Origin: Pseudomonadota bacterium
GTDB taxonomy: Bacteria; Pseudomonadota; Gammaproteobacteria; Pseudomonadales; Halieaceae
Direction of reading: 5' to 3'
Assembly (NCBI GenBank): GCA_039025875.1
Contig: JBCCNK010000001.1
Coordinates: forward strand, 9,147 to 73,146
Length of the DNA stretch: 64,000 nucleotides
Shown: positions 29,029-40,063 of the stretch, piece by piece
Position numbering within the stretch: the first letter of the stretch is position 1
Layout of the letters: each line of letters starts with the position of its first letter
Program-made: the position numbers and the translations under genes
Notes under the pieces: model-generated
Told to the model about the DNA's origin: nothing
Database searches by the model: none
What the model saw: the letters and a program-made list of their open reading frames with translations, nothing else

Positions 29029-30159
29029 TCAATACAACGTTCGCCGATATCGCAGCATGGCAATCTCCATGACCACGGCCGTGAACACAGACATCGCGAG
29101 CAGCGGCTCGCTGAGCTGCACGAAGCTCGCGTCCTAAAGCATCACACCGCGTACCACGCGCAGGAAGTGAGTGAGCGGCAGCACTTCACCAATGGTCTGC
29201 GCCCAGCCCGGCATGCCGCGAAACGGAAACATGAAACCCGACAGCAGCAGCGAGGGCAGAAAGAAGAAAAACGTGAGCTGCATGGCCTGCATCTGCGACT
29301 TGGCAATGGTCGAGAACGTGAAGCCCAGCGACAGGTTGGCGACAACAAAGACGGCAACGCCGAGCAGCAGCAGCCAGAGGGCGCCGACAAAGGGCACACC
29401 GAAGAGCACTTTCGCTGCGACAAGAATGACGGCCGTCTGCGCGCTGCACACGAGCACGTAAGGGAAGATCTTGCCGATCATCACCTCGCCGGGACGCGCG
29501 GGCATGGCGAGCAGGTTTTCCATCGTGCCGCGCTCGGCCTCGCGTGTCATGGCCATGCCCGTGATCATCACGAGCGTCATGGTCAGGATCATGCCCAGCA
29601 GCCCGGGCACGATGTTGTAGCTGGTCTTGCCCTCGGGGTTGTAGCGCGAGTGCACGACGAGATCGAACGGGGAAGGGGTACCTGCGATGTGGCTGACGTT
29701 GCCGCGAAGCTCATGCCGGAGGGCGCGGGCGAGAATCGTCTCGGCGCGGCCAACGGCGTCGGAGGTGGCGGCCGGGTCCGAGGCGTCGGTCTCGATGAGC
29801 ACCTGCGGTCGATAGGCACGCAGCAGTGCGCTCTTGAAGCCGCTCGGTATCGATACGACGAACACGACGTCGCCGCGGGCGAGCAGCTCGCTGCTCTCGC
29901 GCGGGTCGGCTGTCTGCAACACGAAGTCGTAGTAGCCCGACGTCTCGAGCGCGGTCACCAGCGTGCGCACGATGGGCGTCTGCTCCTCTACGAGCAAGGC
30001 CGAAGGCAGCCGCTTGGGGTCCAGGTTGATCGCGAAGCCGAACAGCACGAGCTGTATGATGGGCATGCCGAACATCATCGCGAACGTGAGCCGGTCGCGA
30101 CGCATCTGCACGAGCTCCTTCATGGCCACGGCCGTGATGCGTTGCGTAGATGCGTTCAT
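29029..30159 (-). pseudogene. ABC-2 type transporter permease with a premature stop
   Basis: KELVQMRRD, YNP, VPGL, REAERGTME, LLSGFMFP, PLTHFL. TAG at 29134 removes the last TM helix; the frame continues to TGA at 29029. Confidence 0.85.
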
Positions 30160-30570
30160 GCGTGCACCCGCGTGTCCTGGCCTGCGTCGGCCATCAGCGC
30201 GATGAAGGCGTCCTCGAGGCTCGAGCGCACTTCTCGCCAGTCGACGTTACTGGTCTGCGCCGCACCGAAGTAGGCGACATGCTCGAGCGCATCGTTGGTC
30301 TTGAGCTGCTCGGAGAGCTGCCGCACGCCGTAACCCTCACCGCGGAATGTGTGCAGGCCCGAGCGCGCGATGATGTCGGCGACGGTGCCTTCAGCCACCT
30401 TCTCGCCGTTGGCGAGGTAGACGATGCGGTCGCAACGCTCGGCCTCGTCCATGTAATGCGTGGAGACGAGCACGGTCATGCCCTCGAGCGAGAGCCGGTG
30501 GATCTCGTCCCAGAAGTCGCGCCGCGCCTGCGGGTCGACGCCGGCTGTGGGTTCGTCGAGCAGCAACAGC
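30156..30570 (-). pseudogene. ABC transporter ATPase, C-terminal fragment
   Basis: Begins at Walker B LLDEPTAGVDP; VSTHYMDEAERC. The 5' half is replaced by IS91-like sequence. Confidence 0.88.
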
Positions 30571-31240
30571 CAGTTCCATCACGTACCGCATAGCCGTCGG
30601 CCCACAGCAGGGACGCAAAGCCTTCATGATTCGCACCATTCGCCCGCTGGACAGGCCTGACCCTCGCCTGGAGCGGGTGGCCAGGGCCAATGGCTTTTCC
30701 CTGCATGCTGGGGTGAGCTGTGAGGGCAATCAGAAAGACAAGCGTGAGCGCCTGTGCCGGTACATTTCCCGCCCGGCCGTAGCCGTCCCCCGGCTTTCGC
30801 TTAGTTCCACAGGCAAGGTGGTTTACACCCAAAAGACACCGTACCGGGATGGGACTACGCAGGTGGCCTTCGAACCAGCGGATTTTATAGCGCGATTGGC
30901 GGCACTGGTGCCTAAGCCGAGGGTCAACCTCACCCGCTACCACGGCGTACTCGCGCCGAACCACCGCTGGCGTAGGCTGGTCACTCCAGCAAGGCGCGGG
31001 AAAGGCATCAAATCCACCTCCAACGCAGAAGTCCGCACACCCGCCGAGCGTCATACCGCTATGACCTGGGCTCAACGCCTAAAGCGCGTTTTCAACATCG
31101 ACATCGAGGTCTGCAGTCTTTATGGCGGAGCCGCCAGAGTCATCGCTTAATGAAATGGACCCATCCCGCTTCTCACACCGCTGCCAGCAAGCCACGATGG
31201 AAGTGTGTGAAACCATCGGGACGAATTAGGAGGGTCCGAT

Positions 31241-32266
31241 ATGAAGCATAATAAAACAGTCGTCCGCTTAGGCATGGACATCGGCAAGAACACCTTTCAT
31301 CTGGTTGGCGTTGATCAGTCCGACCTTCCCGCCGTCAAAAAGAAACTGCGGCGCCACCAAGTGTTGGCCTGGTTCGCTAACCTGCCAGCATGCCTGGTCG
31401 CGATGGAAGCCTGCGGTGGGAGTCACTATTGGGCACGCGAGATCGGTAAGCTGGGCCATGATGTCAGGCTCATCAGCCCGCAGTTCGTGAAGCCCTACGT
31501 GAAGGGAAACAAGAACGACTACAACGACGCCGAGGGCATCTGCGAGGCGGCGGGTCGAGCGAACATGCGCTTCGTGACCGTCAAGACGGTCGAGCAGCAG
31601 GACATCCAGGGATTACATCGGATCCGCCAATCGGTGGTGAAGCAGCGCACGGCGCTGGCGAACCAGATCCGCGGGCTCCTCGGCGAGTATGGGATTGTCG
31701 TGGGTATGGGTATCAGTCAAGTCCGTCGCCGGGTTCCGCAGGTCTTGGAAGACGGGGAAAACGGCCAGACGGATCGCTTTCGCGGATGGCTCGCTGAGCT
31801 TTGGAGGTGCTCCGTGAACTAGATGAACGCATCAAACAATACGACAAAGAGATCGAGCGGGAATTTTCGGCCAACGAAGCCTGTCGACGACTGGGTGCCA
31901 TTGAAGGCATAGGCCCGCAGATCGCTACGGCGGTGATTGCTTCCTATGGAGATGCCCGGCAGTTCCGAAACGGCCGGCAATTTGCGGCCAGTATCGGGCT
32001 GGTGCCGCGCCAACACACGACCGGCGATCGCGGTCCTTCTGGCGATCAGCAAGCGGGGCGATAAATACCTTCGCACGCTGCTTATCCATGGCGCACGAGC
32101 GGCGATTCGTTGGCTGGAGGGAAAAGACGACCGGCGCAGTCGGTGGCTGCGGTCATTGGTGGCGCGACAGGGAAAGAACAAAGCCGCAGTTGCGTTGGCC
32201 AACAAAAATGCGCGGATCATCTGGGCGCTGCTGACGCGCGGTGAGTACTACCAGCCAGCCGTGTAA
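31241..32266 (+). pseudogene. IS110/IS1111 DEDD transposase with two frameshifts
   Basis: LGMDIGK, AMEAC, KNDYNDAEGI, IEGIGP, GLVPRQHTTG, ISKRGDKYLRTLLIHGA, ALANKNARIIWA, spread over three frames (shifts near 31800 and 32030). Confidence 0.9.
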
Positions 32267-32556
32267 GGAGTGGCGTTACCGCTAAGTCGCGCTGCCGTTG
32301 TAACTGAATTCAAAAAACCGCTAATCAGGGAATGCCCATCATGAGGTTGCGAAGACACAGAAGCGATTGATGACAGGACAGGTCAGACCGTCGTCTTGAG
32401 AGCCTGATCGATACAGTGGCTCCTTTGAAGCCGATCGCATGTTGAGGTCAAGACGAGCGGAATTCATCAAGGCCAGCGACAGAACGTTCGCGCTAACAGG
32501 CCGGATATATGGGTGCAACCTGTTTCTTAGCTCAAACAAAACTGTGTCTTGCAAAA
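32267..32556 (+). ncRNA. Probable seekRNA/bridge-RNA-encoding non-coding region of the IS1111-type element
   Basis: ~290-bp non-coding right end with stems (TCGTCTTGA/TCAAGACGA, TTGATGA/TCATCAA) and short matches to the target flanks and the circle junction. RNA boundaries are not determined. Confidence 0.7.
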
Positions 32557-32994
32557 CGGGATGGGTCCATATACGTATCGAGGACGAGGACGTCATACCC
32601 GATAAAGCGGGGCAGGCCCTCGACCGGATCCTGGATCACCTGCGCCAGAAAGAACAGGAAGCACCGACTCGGCCATTGCTGGTGCCACCGACCAGAGCGC
32701 CGCCTGGGACAAGGTGAATCGGTGCGAAGCGTCGAGAGAGGGTGCCCTGGGGTACATTGCTGCTTTTCAACGGGAAGGACTCTGGCCCATAGCCAGCAAG
32801 GAAGCCATTGAAAACCGCATGGCGTGAGCGGTTATGCGCGCTCGTTCAGGATTGACCGGGTAGGAATAACATGCCCACCGGCGCATACTGGATTTGCGGG
32901 TCGACAGATGGAAACTTTGGCAGATCTGCAGTCCCAGTCGGCACAGTCAGCGAGGATGTCTACTTCCGAAAGGTTCTTTGTCTGTCCTATACCC

Positions 32995-33108
32995 CTCCGA
33001 CAGATAGAGCAGCGCGTAGATCTGGCCGACGGTCCGGTTGATGCCCCAGCGGCTGCCCATCTCGCCGAAGTGCAGGATGAAGCGTTGTTGCAGCGGCGTA
33101 ACGTCCAT
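32995..33108 (-). pseudogene. GbsR/MarR-family regulator, N-terminal fragment
   Basis: MDVTPLQQRFILHFGEMGSRWGINRTVGQIYALLYLSE, after which the similarity stops. Confidence 0.7.
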
Positions 33109-33590
33109 AGTGTCGAAACTTTCAGTGATTGTTGAAACGTCATAATTAGTGACCACGCCGCTGCGGCGGGGTTCTGCGTGGTGGCGCTGGTTGCCCAAGA
33201 CAGCGTCGTTCTTCGCTGAGCATAAGCGGGGGTGAAACGCGGGCTTTTCAACCACGGCGAACAACTCGCCGATGGCGACGGTGTGCTTATTGGGTAGACA
33301 CCACATGCCGTTCGCCCGCGTGCTCAAGGCGACCTGGAATTTGTCGCGCTGCGACGCCGTTGGTGTCATGGACGACCCCTTGTATCGCCGCATTGGCGAT
33401 ATCCACGCCGTTGTTCAAGCCTATTCATGCACCGGGTCAGGGGAAATGGCCGAACGCACCCCGGCGAGGGCCGTCACAATTATGCGGAGTCTGAAGAGTC
33501 TGAGTACCGGCGTCGGCGGTAGGCGCGTCCGGCCACGTGCTGCTGGCTTTGCTGCATCAGTTCACAAGGTGGGTTTGCGAGGTTGCATCT

Positions 33591-34085
33591 ATGACATCTG
33601 AAGAAACCGGTCTTTCTGCCCACGTCACGGCGGAGATCGAGCGCTGGAAACGTAAATTCCCTGAGGGACGCGAACAGTCGGCGGTCATCGCCGCATTGCA
33701 CGCCGCTCAGCATGACAATGGCGGCCACCTGACGACGCCGATCACGGACGCGATTGCGAGCTATCTCGACCTGCCGAAAATCCACGTCTATGAGGTCGCC
33801 AGCTTTTATTCGATGTTCGAGACACGGCCGGTCGCGCGGCACAACGTCGCGATCTGCACAAATATCTCGTGCATGCTGCGCGGCGCGGAGGACATCGTCG
33901 AGCACGCTGAACGGAAACTTGAAATCACACTGGGCGAGAGCACCGCTGATGGCCGCATCTACCTGAAGCGCGAAGAGGAGTGTCTCGCCGCGTGCTGCGG
34001 TGCGCCGATGATGATGGTCGATCACCGCTACTACGAAAACCTGACCACCGACCTGGTCGACGACATACTCGAGAGGCTGGATTGA
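33591..34085 (+). CDS. nuoE: NADH-quinone oxidoreductase subunit E (orphan copy)
   Basis: SAVIAAL, YEVASFYSMF, CTNISCMLRG, ECLAACCGAPMM. Confidence 0.92.
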   Translation: MTSEETGLSAHVTAEIERWKRKFPEGREQSAVIAALHAAQHDNGGHLTTPITDAIASYLDLPKIHVYEVASFYSMFETRPVARHNVAICTNISCMLRGAEDIVEHAERKLEITLGESTADGRIYLKREEECLAACCGAPMMMVDHRYYENLTTDLVDDILERLD

Positions 34086-35335
34086 TGACGCGTGACAACG
34101 ACGTAGTTTGTTTGGGCACGCTCGGGCTCGATCGCCCCTGGACACTGTCGGCCTACGAAAGCACCGGCGGCTACACCGTGTGGCGTCGCGTTATCGCGGG
34201 TCAGTTGTCCCGACAGGAGATCATCGAGGCCGTCAAGGCCGCCGGGCTACGCGGGAGCGGTGGCGCCGGCTTCCCGACCGGGCTGAAATGGAGCTTCCTG
34301 CCACAGGATTCGGGTGGTCAGCAATACATCGTCTGCAACTCTGACGAGAGCGAGCCGGGCACGTGCCACGACCGCGATATCCTGCGCTACAACCCGCACG
34401 CGCTGATCGAGGGTATGGCCATTGCCGGGTACGCGAGGGGATTGACCGTCGGCTACAACCATATTCGCGGCGAGTTCATCGACGAGCCGGTGCCGCGCTT
34501 CGACGCCGCACTCGATGTGGCCTACGCGGCCGGTCTGATAGGCAAGGGTGTCCAGGGCTCGAACATAGACTTCGACCTGTACACCTTCGTCGGCGCCGGC
34601 GCCTACATCTGCGGTGAAGAGACGGCACTGCTCGAGTCGCTTGAGGGCAAGCCCGGAAAGCCGCGAATCAAGCCGCCGTTCCCGGCCAACCACGGGCTAT
34701 ATGGGCGGCCGACGACGATCAACAACACGCATACGCTGGCCAGCGTGCCGGCGATCGTGCGTCGCGGGCCCGACTGGTACGCGGGCCTGGGCCCCGAGGG
34801 TTCGGGCGGTACGGCGCTGTTCTCGGTGTCGGGGCACGTCGAGCGGCCGGGCAACTACGAATTGCCGATGGGAATTCCGTTTGAAGCGCTGCTGCAGACC
34901 GCCGGTGGCGTACTCGGAGGTAGACGTCTGAAGGCGGTGATACCCGGTGGATCGTCGGTGCAGGTGCTGCCAGCCGATGTCATCATGGGGTGCACGATGG
35001 ACTATGCGTCACTGCAGGCGGCCGGTTCGTCGTTCGGCACCGGCGCGGTCATCGTCATGGATGAGACGACCTGCATGGTCAAGGCACTGCAGCGGATCTC
35101 GCGCTTCTACATGTCCGAGTCGTGCGGCCAGTGCACGCCGTGCAGGGAAGGCACGGGATGGCTCTATCGCATGTTGACGAGGATCCTCGAAGGCGACGGG
35201 CGGGTCGAAGACCTGACGTTGCTGATGGACGTTGCCAATGGCATCGAGGGCCGCACGATATGTGCATCTCGGCGATGCTGCGGCCTGGCCGGTACAGAGT
35301 TTCCTCAAGCACTTCTCGCGTTTCGTTGCGTTTAA
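34085..35335 (+). pseudogene. nuoF: NADH-quinone oxidoreductase subunit F, frameshifted and truncated at the 3' end
   Basis: GGAGFPTGLKW, CNSDESEPGT, GAGAYICGEETALLESLEG, ESCGQCTPCREG. An extra base near 35267 shifts LGDAAAWPVQSFLKHF out of frame; homology ends near 35315. Confidence 0.88.
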
Positions 35336-35559
35336 GAGCGCGAGCGCCCTTTCCTGATTAATGATGCGCGCTGCGAGCTTGAGGCAGATAGGGTACTTGC
35401 TAATGGCGCACCCCAACTCTTACACGTCTAGAGCTTGCTAGCTATCTGCTTCCGAATTTTCTCGCGCTCGGATGGGCGAGGTGCTCATTTCTGCGCTACT
35501 GTACATCTTGTTTCTCGTGCCTCGCGCATCAGGCCCGAACTCTGTCCGAGGATGCCGCT

Positions 35560-36258
35560 TTGCCCAATCTCCCGTCAAGCCGCGAGCAAGTTACCCATGC
35601 GATCTGTACCTGTCTCTCGCTAACAGATCTGCGCCTCGCGGTACGCTCGCATTTGGATCGCGATATCGACGAGATTGTGTTGGCTGATAACAAGATCACC
35701 ATGGTGGAACGGGTTGTTGATTATGCGATCCGTCTTGGGGAGAAGGGCTCTCTCGTCGAAGGGGTATTGGCTCAAAATCCGCGACCTGATTTGCAGGAGC
35801 TTCTCAAAGCTTGGCTCGCTGAGGGCGAGCCTAGCCTGCATTTTTCCGGCCACAAGGTCGAAGTCATTCCGGCATGGGCATTGACTACGCAGGGAAAGGT
35901 CCAACTTGTGAGAGGTTTGCGTCGTGGGTTTGTAGATGGGTTTCTGGTCAGCCACGACTTGCGTTACAGCTTTCCGAAAAGCCTGGATGCTGTAAGTTCA
36001 GCCGGCATAGTCCAAGCCGCGAACGCGCTTCGCTGCAAGGTCGACCCGGAGTTCGAGCCGGCCGGAATGATCATTGAGGCACTGCCACTATACGGCTACG
36101 ACGATCAAGCGTACTGGCAGAGGGCATTTGACAAAGCATGCGCGCTGGGCGGACGCATGCTCGGCGCTCTACTAGTTTCTACTCCGAGCAACCTTTACGA
36201 AGCAAAACGTCAAGAAATTGAACAGTTGCTATACGATTTGAGGGATATTTCGTCGTGA
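35560..36258 (+). CDS. EAD1-like domain protein with a second helical domain
   Basis: DLRLAVRSHLDRDIDEIV...VERVVDYAIRLG...LVEGVLAQNPRPDLQ resembles the EAD1 pattern. GTGA overlap with the next gene. Confidence 0.6.
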   Translation: MPNLPSSREQVTHAICTCLSLTDLRLAVRSHLDRDIDEIVLADNKITMVERVVDYAIRLGEKGSLVEGVLAQNPRPDLQELLKAWLAEGEPSLHFSGHKVEVIPAWALTTQGKVQLVRGLRRGFVDGFLVSHDLRYSFPKSLDAVSSAGIVQAANALRCKVDPEFEPAGMIIEALPLYGYDDQAYWQRAFDKACALGGRMLGALLVSTPSNLYEAKRQEIEQLLYDLRDISS

Positions 36259-39200
36259 ACTTGCACAAATTCCAAATCGTGCGCTGCCTGATGGTCAGCG
36301 CGTGCTTTCTGCTCATATCTATCGCGCCTTCCCTAGGCCAGACGCTGAAAGCGGAGGACCGCTTAAGGATTGATCAGCTGGCGCGTACGATGGAAGCATT
36401 CGATCGACAAGGACAGGACCTGCTAGCGCGGTTTGGTTTTCCGCCGGAGGGGGAATTTACTGAGCGCTGGAATGATTGGCGTGCTTTGCCGCTGAATGGG
36501 CAGCTCGAACTCGCATGGCGTTCCGCCGAGCAGGCAGAGCGCGGTAGCGGCGAGGCGTTTCTGAAGGCATATGCCAGCGAAGTTGCGTCAGTCAATAGAG
36601 TGGTGCACGACGACTCGGTTCTGCGTGATCTTGTTCCTGCGCGGGGGCAACCCTTACCCAAGGCTAGCCGTTTTCGATTTAGCGTACCGCAGGGGGAGAT
36701 TGCCTCCATCGAACTCTCGCCTCGGGTGCGCGAGATCATCGGCGCATTAGCAAAGCACGCGTCGACGGTGCCGGGCGGGCCACTATCGATTGCCGCGCGT
36801 TGCTGCGGCATTAGCGTAGAGAAAGCGATGGAAAAGTTGTCGAACGCGCGTTCGTATCAGGAATTTTTGGAACATGCTCTGACGAAAGGCGAAGTCCCTC
36901 CGGAGATGGCGAGACGGCTCGCGCGACTTGCCTCTATCGTGACGCACGCAAACCATGCCGTGTTGACCGCTGATGAGCTGCAGCGTTTTCGCCCTGCGCT
37001 GGAAGAGATTGCAAAGCGGCCAGGCGCATGGACTCAAAACGACACATTCGTGTTGCCTACCCATGGAGAAAACTTCGATCCGATCGATCGCGCAGTCACT
37101 TCCGAATTGATCGCGATCGCTGCGGATCGACAACGCCACCTCGCCGGCAATTCCGCCTATGACAAGCTACGCAGTTGGATGCAATTTGCACCACTCAATG
37201 CGGAGCTGGACTGGGGTGGGCGCACCGACCGATTGTACGAAGCCAGCAACTACGGAGATCCTGGTGCAGGCGGTGGCGGTGGCGGTGGCGGTGGCGGTGG
37301 CGGTGGCGGTGCGCCGCCGCTGCACAAGCCTCGGGTGATTCCACCAGCCTCCATTCAACCGTTGGCTCCTTCGAGCATGGCGCGAACATCCTACACGCGG
37401 CCGGTAGCTACCTCGCGCAGCTTCTCCCGAGTTATCTCATTTCGCGGTGGCCGAGGCGGCATCGTATTCGGCAACTCAGTGCGATCCACTAAAGATCTGC
37501 GTAAGCCTGTGACGATAACTTGGCAGCCACTTGTCGACTCCACGGGTGTAGCGTCATTGCCACCCGAGACCACCGGTGTATTCGTGTTCCGCCTCGACGA
37601 TGGTGATTACGTCTTGTCACCGCCCGTGCGCGCCGACGACGCCGCCGCTGCGGTACGTTTGGTACTGACTGGAATCGCTGGAACTCCACCAGCCCGGAAA
37701 GGTGAAGCTATTGGATTGGCAGGTATGTCGCCGCGCCCGGTTACTCGATACCACCTAGAGGGCGGCAAAGTACGGGTTGTAGATGACGCCGTCGGCGTCA
37801 CTTTCTACGTACACCCGGCTATCAGTCGCACTACGTTGGCCCCGGTCATGTTGCTCGCCGACGCGAGGCCGATCATCGGCGGACTAGTTTCTCAGCTAAA
37901 AGAGCGGGTTCTATTGTCTCAGGCTTCTGAGCAGGTAAAGGATCAGCTTGTCAGTTGGCTGGAGATGAGGAAAGGGAACTACAAGATTATTGATGTACCG
38001 ATGGAGGTATACGAGCAAGGCGGTGTGCTCTCCACGCGTCGGTTTCCGTCTACATTGGCGGACGCAGTGGCATCATGCGATTGCTTCTTATCGATGCAAA
38101 CTTTCGATGCAGAAGGCAACCCTCGTCTCGAACAGGAAGAACCTGTCTCATTCTCTTCAATATTGCCTGTGATGCTCGAACACTTGCCGGAGTTCCGGCG
38201 TCTCAATGAACTCGCGCGCCAGATGGCATTGTTGCGTTGGGCCACCGCGAACGATGCCGCGTGGATTGGCGACATCGCCGTTGAGCAGGCCAAACATTCC
38301 ATCACCTCATTTTATGTGGCGAGCGATAATGAATTTGAGTTCGGCGTTGACCCAGACGAGGAGGCATTCATCCTCGCACAGAGGGTGGAGCGTGCATCGC
38401 GCGCGCTACTCGAATCCAGCAAGGCTCCCGCAGCGTTGCGCGATCTAGATGCGGATGTGGCCTCATATCGCAGGAAAACACTAGCGCTTGCGGCGATTGA
38501 GCGCGTCATCGTATCTGCCAACAGTATGTTCTATTTATCCCCTGACGACTCTGTTGAATTCGCTAAGGTGTGGGGCAACGGTGGTAACAGGGCGCTGATT
38601 GTAATGGACGACGAGGAGTTCGCCGATTACACGGAGTGGGCGGAGCCGGATGCCGAAATTTTGGAGCAAGTGACACACTCCCGAGAGCTATTCAGGCCTA
38701 TCGCCGCCGAGGTTGAGGCCGATACCGCTGTGCTGCAGGCGAGATGGGATGCATTGCGCGAAGGTGATCCGTTGCGCGACGGGTTGACGAGCGTCGCGGC
38801 CCGCTTATTTGAGCTAGAGTCGGACCGGCGCGCCGCGTTTGAACAGGGCATCGCTCGCGATCAAGAGATGAGAGATCTCTTGGCACGCCTAGAAATTGCC
38901 GCGAAGCGCCCGAGCTCTGCGTCCGACGAGGTCGAACTGCGACTGGCGTTCGCCAGCGACGCGGAGCGGGCGGCGTTGCAGCCAAGACTAGATGAATGGC
39001 GCGAGGCTTTGGAAGGTTGGTATACCGACGATGAAAAGCTGGCGCGCGAACTATTGCCGCGCCTGCGGCAGGTCGAGGATGCCGCTATCGATGACAAGCT
39101 GCGAGAACTGCGGCACGGCATTGAGCAGGCTGCGTTTCTCAACGACGTACCTGGTCTGTCCCGATGGTGGATGCTGCAACGGTCGTACCGAGAACAGTGC

Positions 39201-39269
39201 ATCGTCCAAGCTGAATGCGTGTTTGAGAGCCCGTTCATGCGCGCTCTATTCGAAGCGCGCGGCGAGTGA
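36255..39269 (+). CDS. Large predicted secreted hypothetical protein with a poly-Gly linker and coiled-coil C-terminus
   Basis: 1004-aa ORF; signal-peptide-like N-terminus; G14 tract. No family recognised. Confidence 0.75.
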   Translation: MNLHKFQIVRCLMVSACFLLISIAPSLGQTLKAEDRLRIDQLARTMEAFDRQGQDLLARFGFPPEGEFTERWNDWRALPLNGQLELAWRSAEQAERGSGEAFLKAYASEVASVNRVVHDDSVLRDLVPARGQPLPKASRFRFSVPQGEIASIELSPRVREIIGALAKHASTVPGGPLSIAARCCGISVEKAMEKLSNARSYQEFLEHALTKGEVPPEMARRLARLASIVTHANHAVLTADELQRFRPALEEIAKRPGAWTQNDTFVLPTHGENFDPIDRAVTSELIAIAADRQRHLAGNSAYDKLRSWMQFAPLNAELDWGGRTDRLYEASNYGDPGAGGGGGGGGGGGGGGAPPLHKPRVIPPASIQPLAPSSMARTSYTRPVATSRSFSRVISFRGGRGGIVFGNSVRSTKDLRKPVTITWQPLVDSTGVASLPPETTGVFVFRLDDGDYVLSPPVRADDAAAAVRLVLTGIAGTPPARKGEAIGLAGMSPRPVTRYHLEGGKVRVVDDAVGVTFYVHPAISRTTLAPVMLLADARPIIGGLVSQLKERVLLSQASEQVKDQLVSWLEMRKGNYKIIDVPMEVYEQGGVLSTRRFPSTLADAVASCDCFLSMQTFDAEGNPRLEQEEPVSFSSILPVMLEHLPEFRRLNELARQMALLRWATANDAAWIGDIAVEQAKHSITSFYVASDNEFEFGVDPDEEAFILAQRVERASRALLESSKAPAALRDLDADVASYRRKTLALAAIERVIVSANSMFYLSPDDSVEFAKVWGNGGNRALIVMDDEEFADYTEWAEPDAEILEQVTHSRELFRPIAAEVEADTAVLQARWDALREGDPLRDGLTSVAARLFELESDRRAAFEQGIARDQEMRDLLARLEIAAKRPSSASDEVELRLAFASDAERAALQPRLDEWREALEGWYTDDEKLARELLPRLRQVEDAAIDDKLRELRHGIEQAAFLNDVPGLSRWWMLQRSYREQCIVQAECVFESPFMRALFEARGE
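37269..37310 (+). repeat. (GGCGGT)x7 tandem repeat encoding 14 Gly
   Basis: Read directly from the sequence. Confidence 0.95.
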
Positions 39270-40063
39270 GATAGTCGGCTGACGGGCAAGCTCGCTTAGG
39301 TTTTCCGCGTCTCACGTTCATCTGGCGGTTTTGTTTTGTGGGGCCTATCCTGATCCCTCGGCAGTGAACAAACAAGAAGGCCATCGTGAGGAACTGCTGA
39401 TCCTCTGGTTTCAAGCACCGAGCTGTCTAAGAACGTCAACGCCGGAGCTGGCTAAGTCAATTCTCGCTTCGACGGCGCCCGTGATAGCTTATGCATGCCG
39501 CTTTCCAGACCGTGCGCCGTCAGCGAGGTTTTCATTCTTCTCCCTTCCGGCCACTATCATCTCGAGGAAGGAACTTCATTCTAGCGGAGGCTACGATACC
39601 AACCGCGCGATGGCCAAGCGTGCTCAACTGCTGCGTGTTGACCCGCGCTGTTCGTTGCGGTGCGCGCAGCAACTGGCGCCCCAAACGTCTGGATTGGTGC
39701 ACAGTTGACACCGTGGTTCGGTTTAGTCCGGAGCGTGTCGTACCGCCGATCTAGCACCGATCGGTGCACATTCGGGCCGCCCGCCTGTAAAGATCTGCGC
39801 GTGCTCCGCGTTGATTGCAGTGGAATACCGTGACGCGGTTCCCCATCAGCGCCGCAGGATAATCGCAAGGATAGCCAGAAGACAGGGCTCGCGAACGTGC
39901 CAAGCCCCCCTGCCGCGATGGGTGCCCCGCCGGTACGCCGCCCGTGTCACTAGCGAGCGAAGCGGGGTAGTGACGCGGGCGGCAAACGCAGAAACCGCGT
40001 CGCATGCAGGCCGAATTCTCCAGTGTTTACCGAATTACGGATTGCTAGGCTGGGCTCATTCAG

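Larger units (their letters stand above)
31148..32573 (+). mobile_element. IS110 family, IS1111-type insertion sequence (1426 bp)
   Basis: Perfect 14-bp subterminal inverted repeats ATGGACCCATCCCG (31155-31168) and CGGGATGGGTCCAT (32557-32570), 7 nt and 3 nt from the ends. No target duplication. Removing the element restores the IS91 reading frame. Confidence 0.9.
30571..32717 (+). mobile_element. IS91/ISCR-family rolling-circle transposase remnant (3' part), interrupted by an IS110-family element
   Basis: SITYRIAVGPQQGRK, GFSLHAG, RERLCRYISRP, LTRYHGVLAPN, MTWAQRLKRVF up to 31147. It resumes in frame at 32574 (RIEDED...RAPPG). Confidence 0.85.

Noticed and set aside
10004-29136. Several in-frame TAG codons suggesting amber recoding
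   Set aside because: The same pseudogenes also contain TAA stops or frameshifts, and intact genes end in TAG, so decay explains them.
37175-37492. (RW)n, (HR)n and (TA)n peptide ORFs
   Set aside because: These are alternate-frame readings of the (GGCGGT)7 Gly repeat.
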